Shown here piece after piece: positions 27,424 through 35,905 of a stretch of 39,271 bases of DNA. Numbering within the stretch: position 1 is the stretch's first letter; every line of letters starts with the position of its first letter. Below the pieces are notes generated by a model. It saw only the letters and a list, made by a program, of their open reading frames with translations, ran no database searches and was not told where the DNA came from. Source of the DNA: an uncultured Candidatus Melainabacteria bacterium (lineage in GTDB: Bacteria; Cyanobacteriota; Vampirovibrionia; Gastranaerophilales; Gastranaerophilaceae); assembly GCA_934754855.1 (NCBI GenBank), contig CAKVJR010000001.1, positions 1 through 39,271 of the forward strand. Direction: 5' to 3'. Made by a program: the position numbers and the translations under genes.

Positions 27424-28376
27424 AGAAAATAATAGCAGCGTCAATAATAGCGTTTTCGGTTGCAGGACTTGCTTATGCAAGCAATTTGTCTGTTGATTCG
27501 GAAGTTCAACATTACAATGAAAAGAACAAAAAAATCGAATTTAAAGGGGACGTTAAGGTTAAATATGATGATGTTAATGTCGTCAGCCCGAATGCGGAAG
27601 TCCTTTTGAATGCCGAAACAGGCAAACCAGAAACGGTAAAATTTTTGGAAAACGCATATTCTTATCAGGTTAAAGCCGATAAGAAGCACGAAGTTAAGGC
27701 GAAAATTTTAGAAGTTTCTTTGCTTAATAAAGTTTTTAAGGCAGAAGAAAGAACTCAATCGACTGTTTTGGAAAAAGGTCAGCCGACGGTTATTGTCACT
27801 GCAAATTCGCAAGAATACGACAATAAATCAAATACAATGAAAGCAAGAGGTGCCGTAATAATCAATTATAAAGACGTTCAAGCGTTTGCAGATTATGCGG
27901 AAGTTAATTTGGACAAGAAAAACGACGTTCAAAAATTGACACTCTCGGGTCATGCATACTTGAAACAAGGTAATTCTCAAGTCAAAGCAAATAAATTTGT
28001 CCATTTGGCTGAAAAGAAAATCACGACTGCAACGGGAAATGTTTTCTCGGATATTAATACAAATGAAACCAAAATCAAGGTGTGGTCTGATTTTCAACAA
28101 GTTAATCAAATTGCCAACACAATTACCGCAAGCGGTCACACAAGAGTTGAATATGAAGATTACGTGGCAGTAGGTCCCAAGGCGACAGTTTACCCGAATG
28201 CTCAAAATAAACTCAACAGAGTTGTCTTTATGGGACGCTCAAAAATCACCAATAAGGGCTATTCTATTGAAGCAAATAAAATTGAAATGATTTTGAACCC
28301 GAAAGATTTTAAAGCAGAGGGCAACGTTAAAACTTTGCTCCAAGATGTCGGCTCGAATAATTCCGTAAGTTTGTAA
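27420..28376 (+). CDS. lptA: LptA/OstA-family periplasmic protein, extended form
   Basis: Signal peptide. At least four OstA-like repeats of the type ...EFKGDVKVKYDDVNVVSPNAEV / ...MKARGAVIINYKDVQAFADYAEV / ...ITASGHTRVEYEDYVAVGPKATV / FKAEGNVK. 318 aa versus about 185 aa for classical LptA. Confidence 0.75.
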   Translation: MKKIIAASIIAFSVAGLAYASNLSVDSEVQHYNEKNKKIEFKGDVKVKYDDVNVVSPNAEVLLNAETGKPETVKFLENAYSYQVKADKKHEVKAKILEVSLLNKVFKAEERTQSTVLEKGQPTVIVTANSQEYDNKSNTMKARGAVIINYKDVQAFADYAEVNLDKKNDVQKLTLSGHAYLKQGNSQVKANKFVHLAEKKITTATGNVFSDINTNETKIKVWSDFQQVNQIANTITASGHTRVEYEDYVAVGPKATVYPNAQNKLNRVVFMGRSKITNKGYSIEANKIEMILNPKDFKAEGNVKTLLQDVGSNNSVSL

Positions 28377-28405
28377 TTCACGGGCAATGCTTTAATAAAC
28401 AACTC

Positions 28406-28437
28406 TCATTGCGATGATTGTAACGACGAAGCAATCC
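28406..28437 (+). repeat. hairpin repeat family B
   Basis: TCATTGCGATGATTGTAACGACGAAGCAATCC, with ATTGC/GCAAT closing stem. Confidence 0.6.
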
Positions 28438-28465
28438 ATATACTTTGGCTCCGCCTCAGTATGAC
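28437..28465 (-). repeat. hairpin repeat family A
   Basis: Reverse complement is GTCATACTGAGGCGGAGCCAAAGTATATG. Basal stem ATACT/AGTAT, apical stem GGC/GCC. Confidence 0.7.
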
Positions 28466-28495
28466 AGAGAATGAAACAATATAAAATTTATTTAT

Positions 28496-28528
28496 AAAAA
28501 AAGGGCGGTCGTTAAACCGTCCTTTTTT
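28496..28528. terminator. bidirectional terminator between lptA and gyrA
   Basis: GGGCGGT (28503-28509) / ACCGTCC (28516-28522) with one G-T wobble. A-run upstream and T6 downstream. Confidence 0.7.
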
Positions 28529-28544
28529 GTATGTGTTCGGAAGT

Positions 28545-31097
28545 TTACGCTTCCGGTTTATCTTCGACATCGAGGAGTTTGGTTTGTTCAACCGCATTGT
28601 CGATGGCATTTTCGATAGCCTTGTCAATCGGGTCATCAGTAGATTGACCGACGATTTTGTTGACTGTGATAACGCTGTCGTTTTCTTGAAGATTTTGGAT
28701 TTTAACGCCTGTTGCAGGTCTGCCCTGACGAGAAATGTCGCCGGCGTTGATTCTTGTAACAACACCGTTTGCCGTAACAACCATGATGTCATCATTTTCG
28801 TTAACGATAGTGAGGGCAACCAATCTTGACTTAGACGTCTTGAATTTCGTTGCGATAAGACCGATACCGCCTCTGTTTTGAGAACGGAATTCACTCAATT
28901 TTGAACGTTTGCCGAAACCGTCAGAAGTTACTACGAGCAAATCAGCATCATAGTCGGCAGGAACGATGTCAGAGCCGATAATCATATCGCCTTGACGCAA
29001 TTTCATTGAATTTACCCCTCTTGCACTTCTGCCTAAAGGTCTTAATTCTTCAACCGCAAATCTGATTGCCATACCGCAACTTGTACCGATTAAGATTTCG
29101 TCATTGTTTTTGGCAACATTTACCCAATTGAGAGTGTCGCCTTCTTCAAGTCCGATTGCGATAATGCCGTTACGTCTGATGTTTGCAAAGTTATCCAATT
29201 CAATTCTCTTGATGTAACCTTTTTGCGTAAGCATAATCAGGCTTGTATCGTGAGAAAATTCTTTGACAGGAACAACTGCCGTAATTTTTTCGCCCTGTTC
29301 AATCGGCAAAATGTTGATTACGGGTAAGCCTTTTGATTGTCTTGAACCTTCAGGAAAATCGTAAACATTGAGGCTGTAAACCGTTCCTTTGTCAGAGAAG
29401 AACAATACTTTGTCGTGCATCATTGCAGTGAAGAAAATTCCGACATCATCATCTTCTTTTGTCTTAATTCCGCCTTTTCCTCTTGTAGCACGGTTTTGAC
29501 GTTCAAATGTGTCTAAAGAAATTCTCTTGATGTAACCTTGGCGGGTCATAAATACTGCCATCGGTACGTTCGGAGTTAAGTCTTCGATTGTCATTTCGTT
29601 CGCTTCGGGAAGAATTTGTGTTCTTCTTTCGTCACCGTATTTTTCTTTGTCTTCAAGAAGTTCAGCCTTGATGATGTTCAAAACTTTTTGTCTGTCAGCA
29701 AGGATTGCTTCGTATTCTTGGATTTTTTCCTGTAAATCTTCGTATTCAGCCTTGATTTTGTCTTGTTCCAAACCTGTCAATCTTCTCAATTGCATTTCGA
29801 GGATTGCATTTGCTTGGTCAACATCAAGCCCAAATCTCGTCATTAAACCGATACGAGCCTCTTCTGTCGTTTTGGACTTCTTGATGAGTTCGATAACTTC
29901 GTCAAGACTTCCCAACGCAATCAATAAGCCTTTCAAAATGTGGGCTCTCATTTTTGCTTTTTTCAAGAAGAAAAGAGTTCTTCTCGTGATGACAGAAACT
30001 CTGTGTTCGATAAATTCGTTCAAAACATCGATGATGTTCATCAAACGAGGTTGTTTTCCAGCCAAAGCCAAAAGGTTGAAACCGAATGATAACGTCAATT
30101 GCGTGTGCTTGTAGAGGTTGTTTCTGACAACTTCAGGTTTTGCATCACGTTTAAGTTCGATAACGATTCTCATACCGTCACGGTCAGATTCGTCACGAAG
30201 GTCTGAAATGCCCTCGATTCGCTTGTCACGGACGAGTTCGGCAATTTTTTCAATAAGAGCCGCCTTGTTAACCTGGTAAGGAATTTCAGTAACAACGATA
30301 GCCGTTCTTGCCTGACGACCGTTGCCGCCGGGGATTTCCTCGATAGTTGAAACAGCGGACATTTTGATTGAACCACGACCTGTTTCGTAAGCCTGTTTAA
30401 TGTCTTTAACGCCGATAATGCTTGCAGCGGTAGGGAAATCAGGACCTTTGATGTATTGCATAATTTCCGTAACCGTCATATCGGGCTTGTCGATTAAAGC
30501 AATTGTACCGTCAACGATTTCGCAAAGATTGTGAGGCGGAATGTTAGTCGCCATACCGACAGCGATACCGCTTACGCCGTTTAACAACAACATCGGTAAT
30601 CTGACAGGCAAAACTGACGGTTCTTGGAGTGAACCATCGAAGTTCGGTTCAAAATCAACCGTTTCGCAGTCGATATCAGCCAACATTGATTGTGTAATTT
30701 TGTGCATACGTGCTTCTGTATAACGCATTGCAGCCGCACCGTCGCCATCGACCGAACCGAAGTTTCCGTGCCCGTCAACCATAAGGTATCTTGTCGAAAA
30801 GTCTTGTGCCATACGGACGAGGGCTTCGTAAACAGCCGTGTCACCGTGCGGGTGATATTTACCTAAAACTTCCCCGACGATTCTGGCACACTTTTTGAAA
30901 GGTTTGTCAGGTGTCATGCCGAGTTCGTTCATGGCAAATAAAATTCTTCTGTGAACAGGTTTCAAACCGTCACGAACATCAGGTAATGCACGTCCGACAA
31001 TAACAGACATCGCATAATCAATGTACGAGCGTTTCATCTCCTCACGTATATTTACGGGAACAATTTTCCCGTCTTGAAATAAATTATTTTGAGCCAA
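28545..31097 (-). CDS. gyrA: DNA gyrase subunit A
   Basis: 850 aa. GKYHPHGD, active-site Tyr context [10 protein letters not shown], and C-terminal beta-pinwheel with a GyrA-box-like RGKGG. TTG start 5 nt after GGAGG. Confidence 0.98.
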   Translation of the reverse strand: MAQNNLFQDGKIVPVNIREEMKRSYIDYAMSVIVGRALPDVRDGLKPVHRRILFAMNELGMTPDKPFKKCARIVGEVLGKYHPHGDTAVYEALVRMAQDFSTRYLMVDGHGNFGSVDGDGAAAMRYTEARMHKITQSMLADIDCETVDFEPNFDGSLQEPSVLPVRLPMLLLNGVSGIAVGMATNIPPHNLCEIVDGTIALIDKPDMTVTEIMQYIKGPDFPTAASIIGVKDIKQAYETGRGSIKMSAVSTIEEIPGGNGRQARTAIVVTEIPYQVNKAALIEKIAELVRDKRIEGISDLRDESDRDGMRIVIELKRDAKPEVVRNNLYKHTQLTLSFGFNLLALAGKQPRLMNIIDVLNEFIEHRVSVITRRTLFFLKKAKMRAHILKGLLIALGSLDEVIELIKKSKTTEEARIGLMTRFGLDVDQANAILEMQLRRLTGLEQDKIKAEYEDLQEKIQEYEAILADRQKVLNIIKAELLEDKEKYGDERRTQILPEANEMTIEDLTPNVPMAVFMTRQGYIKRISLDTFERQNRATRGKGGIKTKEDDDVGIFFTAMMHDKVLFFSDKGTVYSLNVYDFPEGSRQSKGLPVINILPIEQGEKITAVVPVKEFSHDTSLIMLTQKGYIKRIELDNFANIRRNGIIAIGLEEGDTLNWVNVAKNNDEILIGTSCGMAIRFAVEELRPLGRSARGVNSMKLRQGDMIIGSDIVPADYDADLLVVTSDGFGKRSKLSEFRSQNRGGIGLIATKFKTSKSRLVALTIVNENDDIMVVTANGVVTRINAGDISRQGRPATGVKIQNLQENDSVITVNKIVGQSTDDPIDKAIENAIDNAVEQTKLLDVEDKPEA

Positions 31098-31289
31098 ATG
31101 AGCCTCCCCTGTGGAACGAAAATTTCGTCCTCTATATATTGTCTTTACTATATTTTAGCATAATTAAAAAAGAGGGCAAACAGTTTACATTCTATTAATT
31201 GTTAAGTTTGTAACGATTTTTTTAAAAATTGAAATTCGACCCCCTCAAAAATACTTTATATACATGTAGGGTAGAGGGAGATATTAAAT

Positions 31290-31481
31290 ATGGTAGTGAA
31301 TTTGAACATGGATATTGAAACACGTCTTGCCAATATGTATAAAGATATGGCAGCAAAATCGAGCAATGAAGCGGCTGAAAGAAAATCTTTATCGCCTGAT
31401 GATTTTTGGAACTCGATGAGAATGGTTGCAACGAATAAGCAAGCACTTATGAATTGCAAATATCAACCTAAAAACGTTTAG
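31290..31481 (+). CDS. small hypothetical protein (63 aa)
   Basis: AGGGAG Shine-Dalgarno 9 nt upstream of the ATG. Divergent from gyrA. Terminator-like hairpin at 31573-31601. No family recognised. Confidence 0.4.
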   Translation: MVVNLNMDIETRLANMYKDMAAKSSNEAAERKSLSPDDFWNSMRMVATNKQALMNCKYQPKNV

Positions 31482-31572
31482 TTCACGGCGTTTTTAAGAC
31501 AGGATTTTCGTCTTTTTTACAGAGAGAGAAAATTTTAAACAAAATTTATCCCCCCCTATATCAATTATTGAG

Positions 31573-31601
31573 CCTGAGTTGCAAAACTTAGGTTTTTTTT
31601 T
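31573..31601 (+). terminator. rho-independent terminator
   Basis: CCTGAGTT (31573-31580) / AACTTAGG (31585-31592) with one G-T wobble, loop GCAA, then a T9 run. Confidence 0.6.
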
Positions 31602-31602
31602 G

Positions 31603-32352
31603 CTAAATTTCGAGAGTTACCGTAGAAATTTTTTCGGCTTCTTCTGAATTTGAGAGGATTTTTCCTGTTTTATCCGTGATAATGGAATTGCCGATGAGGG
31701 TGAAACCGTTGCCGTTGCTGCCAACTTGGTTTGCGGAAATCAGAGGAGTGATGTTTTCGTTTGACCGTGCAACATTCATTGCTTTCCAAACGGTCAGCCA
31801 ATCCATATTTTTTTCAAATTCGCTATGATAACCCCAAGCGGTCGGGCAAACGAACAATTCTGCTCCATTGCGTTTGAGTTCGGCGAAAAGTTGCGGGTAA
31901 CGAATGTCAAAGCAAATAGCCATGCCGATTTTGCCGATATCTAAGTCTGCTGTGACAATTTTTTCGCCTGCGGTAATTCTTTTGTGTTCAGTTCCGCCGA
32001 AACAGTTGAAGAGGTGGATTTTTCGGTATTTACAAACTTTTTCGCCATTTCTGCTTAATACGAACGAGGTGTTGTATGATTTGCCCGAAACTCTTTCTAT
32101 GACTGAACCGCAGATGATATTTGCGTTTAATTTTATTGCTAAATTCCTTAAAAAGTTGATTGTGTCGCCGCCGTTTTCGTCTTCGGGAAAATTTTTGAAC
32201 GCTTCATGTGAAATACCTGTCGAGAAAAATTCGGGAAGAAGAATGAGGTCAGTCCTTACTCCCTCAAGCATTTCTGACACTTTGTTCAAGTTGTAGGTTT
32301 TGTCGCCGCATTTTGGTTGAAATTGGCAGTTTGTGACGGTGATTTTTTTCAA
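31603..32352 (-). CDS. carbon-nitrogen hydrolase family protein (nitrilase/omega-amidase-like)
   Basis: Glu-Lys-Cys triad contexts LILLPEFF, YRKIHLF and MAICFDIRYP. Confidence 0.88.
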   Translation of the reverse strand: MKKITVTNCQFQPKCGDKTYNLNKVSEMLEGVRTDLILLPEFFSTGISHEAFKNFPEDENGGDTINFLRNLAIKLNANIICGSVIERVSGKSYNTSFVLSRNGEKVCKYRKIHLFNCFGGTEHKRITAGEKIVTADLDIGKIGMAICFDIRYPQLFAELKRNGAELFVCPTAWGYHSEFEKNMDWLTVWKAMNVARSNENITPLISANQVGSNGNGFTLIGNSIITDKTGKILSNSEEAEKISTVTLEI

Positions 32353-32354
32353 AA

Positions 32355-32882
32355 TTAGCCTCTTTTCAGGTAACAGATTGACTTATCGCCATAAGTTTTT
32401 TCTTTTGTGCAAACAAAATTGCCCGTATTTATTTGCAAGTCTGTTGGTTTTTCGACGATAATAATTCCGTTTTCGTTCAGTAAATTTTTTGTTTCAATTT
32501 GCTCAATAGCCTTGTCGTACAAGCCTGATTGGTATGGCGGGTCGAGGTAGAAAACATCAAATTTTTTGTCTGTTTTCTGCAAAAATTTTATTCCGTCGTA
32601 GTTGATTAAATTTATCGGAATTTTGTGTTTTTCGGCATTTTTTTTTATAAAAGCAGCCGTTTTTTTGTCAATTTCGACAGAAGTTACGTCGTAACCTCTC
32701 GAAATTGCTTCAAATGTCATAATTCCCGAACCTGCAAAGAGGTCGCAAAAGGTTTCAAAATCTCCCTGTGTTGCGAGAGAGTTGAAAACAGCCTGTCTGA
32801 CCTTTGACAGTGTGGGTTTTACGTTGTCAAATTTTGCAGTTTCTATGTTGAGTGAGTTATATTTTCCGCCTGTAATGTTCAT
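32355..32882 (-). CDS. rsmD: 16S rRNA (guanine966-N2)-methyltransferase RsmD
   Basis: 175 aa. SAM motif DLFAGSGIMTFEAISRG and DPPY motif FYLDPPY. Confidence 0.9.
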   Translation of the reverse strand: MNITGGKYNSLNIETAKFDNVKPTLSKVRQAVFNSLATQGDFETFCDLFAGSGIMTFEAISRGYDVTSVEIDKKTAAFIKKNAEKHKIPINLINYDGIKFLQKTDKKFDVFYLDPPYQSGLYDKAIEQIETKNLLNENGIIIVEKPTDLQINTGNFVCTKEKTYGDKSICYLKRG

Positions 32883-33454
32883 TTTTCAAGCCTCAAAAGG
32901 TATTTTCGATGAATATAATTTTTACAATTAAAATTAGGCAAAATCATTACTCTCGTCTGCGTTTCCAAAAACGAGCCGATGTTGTTTTGAAAATGCCAAA
33001 GATTATTGTGAGTGTATCTTGATTCGATAATTCCGTCAAATCCGAGAGAAACCCTCTCGATTTCGCATCTTTGGAGTTTTTTTGAACAATAAATTCCGAG
33101 AAAATTGTTGGGTTCATCTTTTAAAATATATTTTTCAAAAGTTGTATCGCCAAGCAAAGTTCTTGCAAAATAAGCCCTTCCAATTTCTTGCGGAGAAAGA
33201 TTTTGTTCTTTTTTGTGCAAAATTATTGTTTGTTTGTCAAAATAATTGCAAAATTTGTAATTATTTCTGATTTTTTCGTATTTTGTTTCGTCTGCATTTT
33301 GGGTGATTTTTGCGTTTTCTCGATAGTTATAAAAATTCCAATCGGGCAGCAAAAACACTTCCGCAGCGACTTTTTGCGGTAAAAAAATCATAAGAGCAAA
33401 TAAAATTTTAATTAAAATCGTACGGTCTTTTTTCATCTGCTTCCAAAATTTCAA
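32879..33454 (-). CDS. hypothetical secreted protein
   Basis: Signal-peptide-like N-terminus KKDRTILIKILFALMIFLPQKVAAE. ATGA overlap with rsmD. Start uncertain (33454 or 33436); both overlap the nif3 3' end. Confidence 0.55.
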   Translation of the reverse strand: MKFWKQMKKDRTILIKILFALMIFLPQKVAAEVFLLPDWNFYNYRENAKITQNADETKYEKIRNNYKFCNYFDKQTIILHKKEQNLSPQEIGRAYFARTLLGDTTFEKYILKDEPNNFLGIYCSKKLQRCEIERVSLGFDGIIESRYTHNNLWHFQNNIGSFLETQTRVMILPNFNCKNYIHRKYLLRLEK

Positions 33455-34142
33455 ATTTTTCGCCTAAAATCCGCTTGAATATTTCGCCGACGTATTTTTC
33501 GCTGTCATAGTGTCCGACTTCAAAAACGACAGTGTCTTTTGCCTCGAAAGCCTCATGAAATTTGACTTCTCCCGTTATGAAAAGGTCAAAACCGAAATCA
33601 TTTACCCGAGAAATTTCCGAACCGCCCGCACCTGCACAAAACGCAACTGACTTGACGGATTTTTTATCGCAAAGGTTGATAACCTTTAAAGTGTCTAAAT
33701 TCAGGCGTTTTTTGATATCTTCTTTCAAAAATTCAAGGTCAATTTCTTCGCTCAAAGTTTTTCCGTTTATAAAATCTTCAATCACAGGGGCTTCTTCAAA
33801 ACCGCATTTTTCAACCAAAGTGTCCGTCGTTCCGCCTTTTGCGACGTCTAAATTCGTGTGAGCAGAATAAATTTGAATTCCGTTTTGAATTGTTCTGATG
33901 ATGGTAATGTCATCGATTTTTTTCAAAGGTTCAAAAATTAGCGGGTGATGAGCGATAATAAGGTCGCAACCCTTGTCAACAGCCTGTTTTACCACATCGT
34001 CGGTGACTGTCAGAGCGGTCATAATTTTGTTGAAATTTTTTTTGCCCAAATTAATTTGCCAACCTGAATTGTCCCATTTTGCGGCGGTTTCAGGCGGTGC
34101 AAAATTTTCTATTAAATCGATAACTTCTTGAACTTCGTACAT
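33408..34142 (-). CDS. Nif3-like dinuclear metal centre protein (GTP cyclohydrolase 1 type 2 family)
   Basis: Motifs LIIAHHPLIF and YSAHTNLD. Start taken at MYEVQEV (TAAAATG junction with the gmk stop) rather than the extended ORF start at 34190. Confidence 0.9.
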   Translation of the reverse strand: MYEVQEVIDLIENFAPPETAAKWDNSGWQINLGKKNFNKIMTALTVTDDVVKQAVDKGCDLIIAHHPLIFEPLKKIDDITIIRTIQNGIQIYSAHTNLDVAKGGTTDTLVEKCGFEEAPVIEDFINGKTLSEEIDLEFLKEDIKKRLNLDTLKVINLCDKKSVKSVAFCAGAGGSEISRVNDFGFDLFITGEVKFHEAFEAKDTVVFEVGHYDSEKYVGEIFKRILGEKFEILEADEKRPYDFN

Positions 34143-34143
34143 T

Positions 34144-34701
34144 TTAACCCTTATGTTTTTCGTAAATTTTTGAAATTTCGTCGGCAGCACGCTCTACGAC
34201 ATCATTTACGACTTTGTAATCGTAATGTTTTGCCTCTTGCGATTCAAATTCAATCGCTTTGAGCCTTTTTGCAATTGCATCTTCCGTTTCCGTTCCTCTT
34301 CCTCTTAATCGTTTTTCAATTTCTTCGATTGAGGGCGGCAAGATAAATATAGTAACCGCTTCGGGCATTTTTTCCTTAACCTGTTTTGCCCCTTGAACTT
34401 CGATTTCCAAAAGTACGTTTTTGCCTTCGTTTAAAGTTTTTTCAACGGTAGAACGGCTCGTTCCGTAACAATTTCCGCCAAATTCTGCCCATTCTAAAAA
34501 ATCACCGTTCTTAACCGATTTTTTAAAATCATCTTTGTTGACGTAAAAATAATTTACTCCGTGAACTTCGCCCTCTCTCGGGTTTCTCGTTGTTGTCGAA
34601 ACAGAGAGAAAAATATTGTCGGCATTTTTCAAAAATTCTTTTATAACCGTGCCTTTGCCGACACCCGATGAACCAGAAATTATAAATAAACGACCTGCCA
34701 T
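34144..34701 (-). CDS. gmk: guanylate kinase
   Basis: P-loop GSSGVGKGT and STTTRNPREGEVHGVNYFYV. AAGGAG RBS. Confidence 0.96.
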   Translation of the reverse strand: MAGRLFIISGSSGVGKGTVIKEFLKNADNIFLSVSTTTRNPREGEVHGVNYFYVNKDDFKKSVKNGDFLEWAEFGGNCYGTSRSTVEKTLNEGKNVLLEIEVQGAKQVKEKMPEAVTIFILPPSIEEIEKRLRGRGTETEDAIAKRLKAIEFESQEAKHYDYKVVNDVVERAADEISKIYEKHKG

Positions 34702-34719
34702 ATTTGCTCCTTTTTTTTC

Positions 34720-34728
34720 ATTATACCA
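34720..34728 (-). promoter_or_regulatory. extended -10 element (TGGTATAAT) upstream of gmk
   Basis: Reverse complement of ATTATACCA. Located about 20 nt upstream of the gmk start. Confidence 0.4.
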
Positions 34729-34944
34729 AAATCCGCCGCCATGGCGAAAATTGTTGCAATTTCTTTATCGGCAAAATCTCGTCCGCATTTTTTACCAAAT
34801 TTTACATAATAAAAATGCGACTCGAGAGCCGCATAAGTCAAGAAAGGAATGGTTAGACTATTAATTTAATTTGATTATTACATACGTTTGTTTACTATGC
34901 AAATATGTGAACAAATATTAACTCTTTTTTTATTTCAAATTCGC

Positions 34945-34987
34945 TGATATAATGTATTTACGGGCTTTTTCGGAAAATTCCGAAAAA
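34945..34987 (+). promoter_or_regulatory. extended -10 (TGATATAAT) plus 22-nt palindrome in the tyrA leader
   Basis: TGATATAAT at 34945-34953. TTTTTCGGAAAATTCCGAAAAA at 34966-34987 is a near-perfect palindrome with one central mismatch. Confidence 0.45.
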
Positions 34988-35026
34988 ATCGAAAAACTTA
35001 ACAATGCTTAACAATTTGGAGAAAAA

Positions 35027-35839
35027 ATGAAAATCGGAATAATCGGACTTGGTCTTATTGGTGGCTCTATCCTCAAGAAAATTGCGGGTTTCGGGCATGA
35101 ATTGTATGCGGTTACGAGAAATCGTGAAACTTTGAGGCATGTCGAAAAATCGGTCAAGTCATGCTCTGACAAATATGAAATTCTTTCGGATTGTGAAGTT
35201 GTTTTTGTTTGCACTCCTATCGGGAAAATTCTCGAAACGCTTGACAAACTTGAGAGCGTTGTGTCTGAAAGTTGCGTGGTTACTGATGTTGCGAGTGTAA
35301 AAGAGTTCGTTACGAAGAAAAAATATTCTTTTAAATTTATCCCGTCGCACCCGATGGCAGGTACGGAAAACAGCGGTTATGGAGCGTCTTTCCCCGAATT
35401 ATTTATCGGTGCAAAGTGGGTATTGACGCCTTATGATTGTTCATTCGATTGTGAAGAGGTTAAAATTTTGATGGAGTTAATTGAGCAAATGGGGGCGATG
35501 CCAATCGTTGCGGACGCAAAAGAGCATGACAAGGCGGTTGCAATGATTAGCCATTTACCGATGTATATTTCGCAGTGTCTTTATAATGCTTTTTGTGGCA
35601 ACGAACTTGCGATGAAACTTGCCGCAAGCGGTTTTAGAGATACGACAAGGCTTGCTATGACTGACTTAACGCTTGCTTGTGACATGCTAAATTTTAACGA
35701 AAAAAACATTCAAGATGCTCAAAATGTGTTCGTTTCCGAGTTGGAAAATTTAAAATCAGGAAATTATCTTGAAAAAATTACGAAAATCAGTTCTTCCCGT
35801 CGAAAAATGTATAATTCAGACGGAAAAAATATTGTTTAA
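35027..35839 (+). CDS. tyrA: prephenate dehydrogenase
   Basis: 270 aa. Rossmann IGIIGLGLIGGS, catalytic SHPMAG, and the typical TyrA C-terminal helical domain. Confidence 0.88.
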   Translation: MKIGIIGLGLIGGSILKKIAGFGHELYAVTRNRETLRHVEKSVKSCSDKYEILSDCEVVFVCTPIGKILETLDKLESVVSESCVVTDVASVKEFVTKKKYSFKFIPSHPMAGTENSGYGASFPELFIGAKWVLTPYDCSFDCEEVKILMELIEQMGAMPIVADAKEHDKAVAMISHLPMYISQCLYNAFCGNELAMKLAASGFRDTTRLAMTDLTLACDMLNFNEKNIQDAQNVFVSELENLKSGNYLEKITKISSSRRKMYNSDGKNIV

Positions 35840-35905
35840 TATAGGAATTTTTTACGGAGATTTTTGTTAATATTTGTAACGTTTTCTCGAAAAAGTAAGG
35901 CGTGC

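Noticed and set aside
28406-28894. 162-aa minus-strand ORF overlapping the 3' end of gyrA in another frame
   Set aside because: It overlaps the strongly supported gyrA frame and extends into the terminator and repeat region. There are no motifs.
31113-31130. Hairpin GGAACGAAAATTTCGTCC in the gyrA leader as a regulatory element
   Set aside because: The pairing needs a bulge and leaves only a 3-5-nt loop with a 6-7-bp A/T-rich stem. That is not distinctive enough without conservation data.
34616-34864. 82-aa plus-strand ORF spanning the gmk start and promoter
   Set aside because: It overlaps gmk antisense and the gmk promoter/RBS region. There is no RBS and no motifs.
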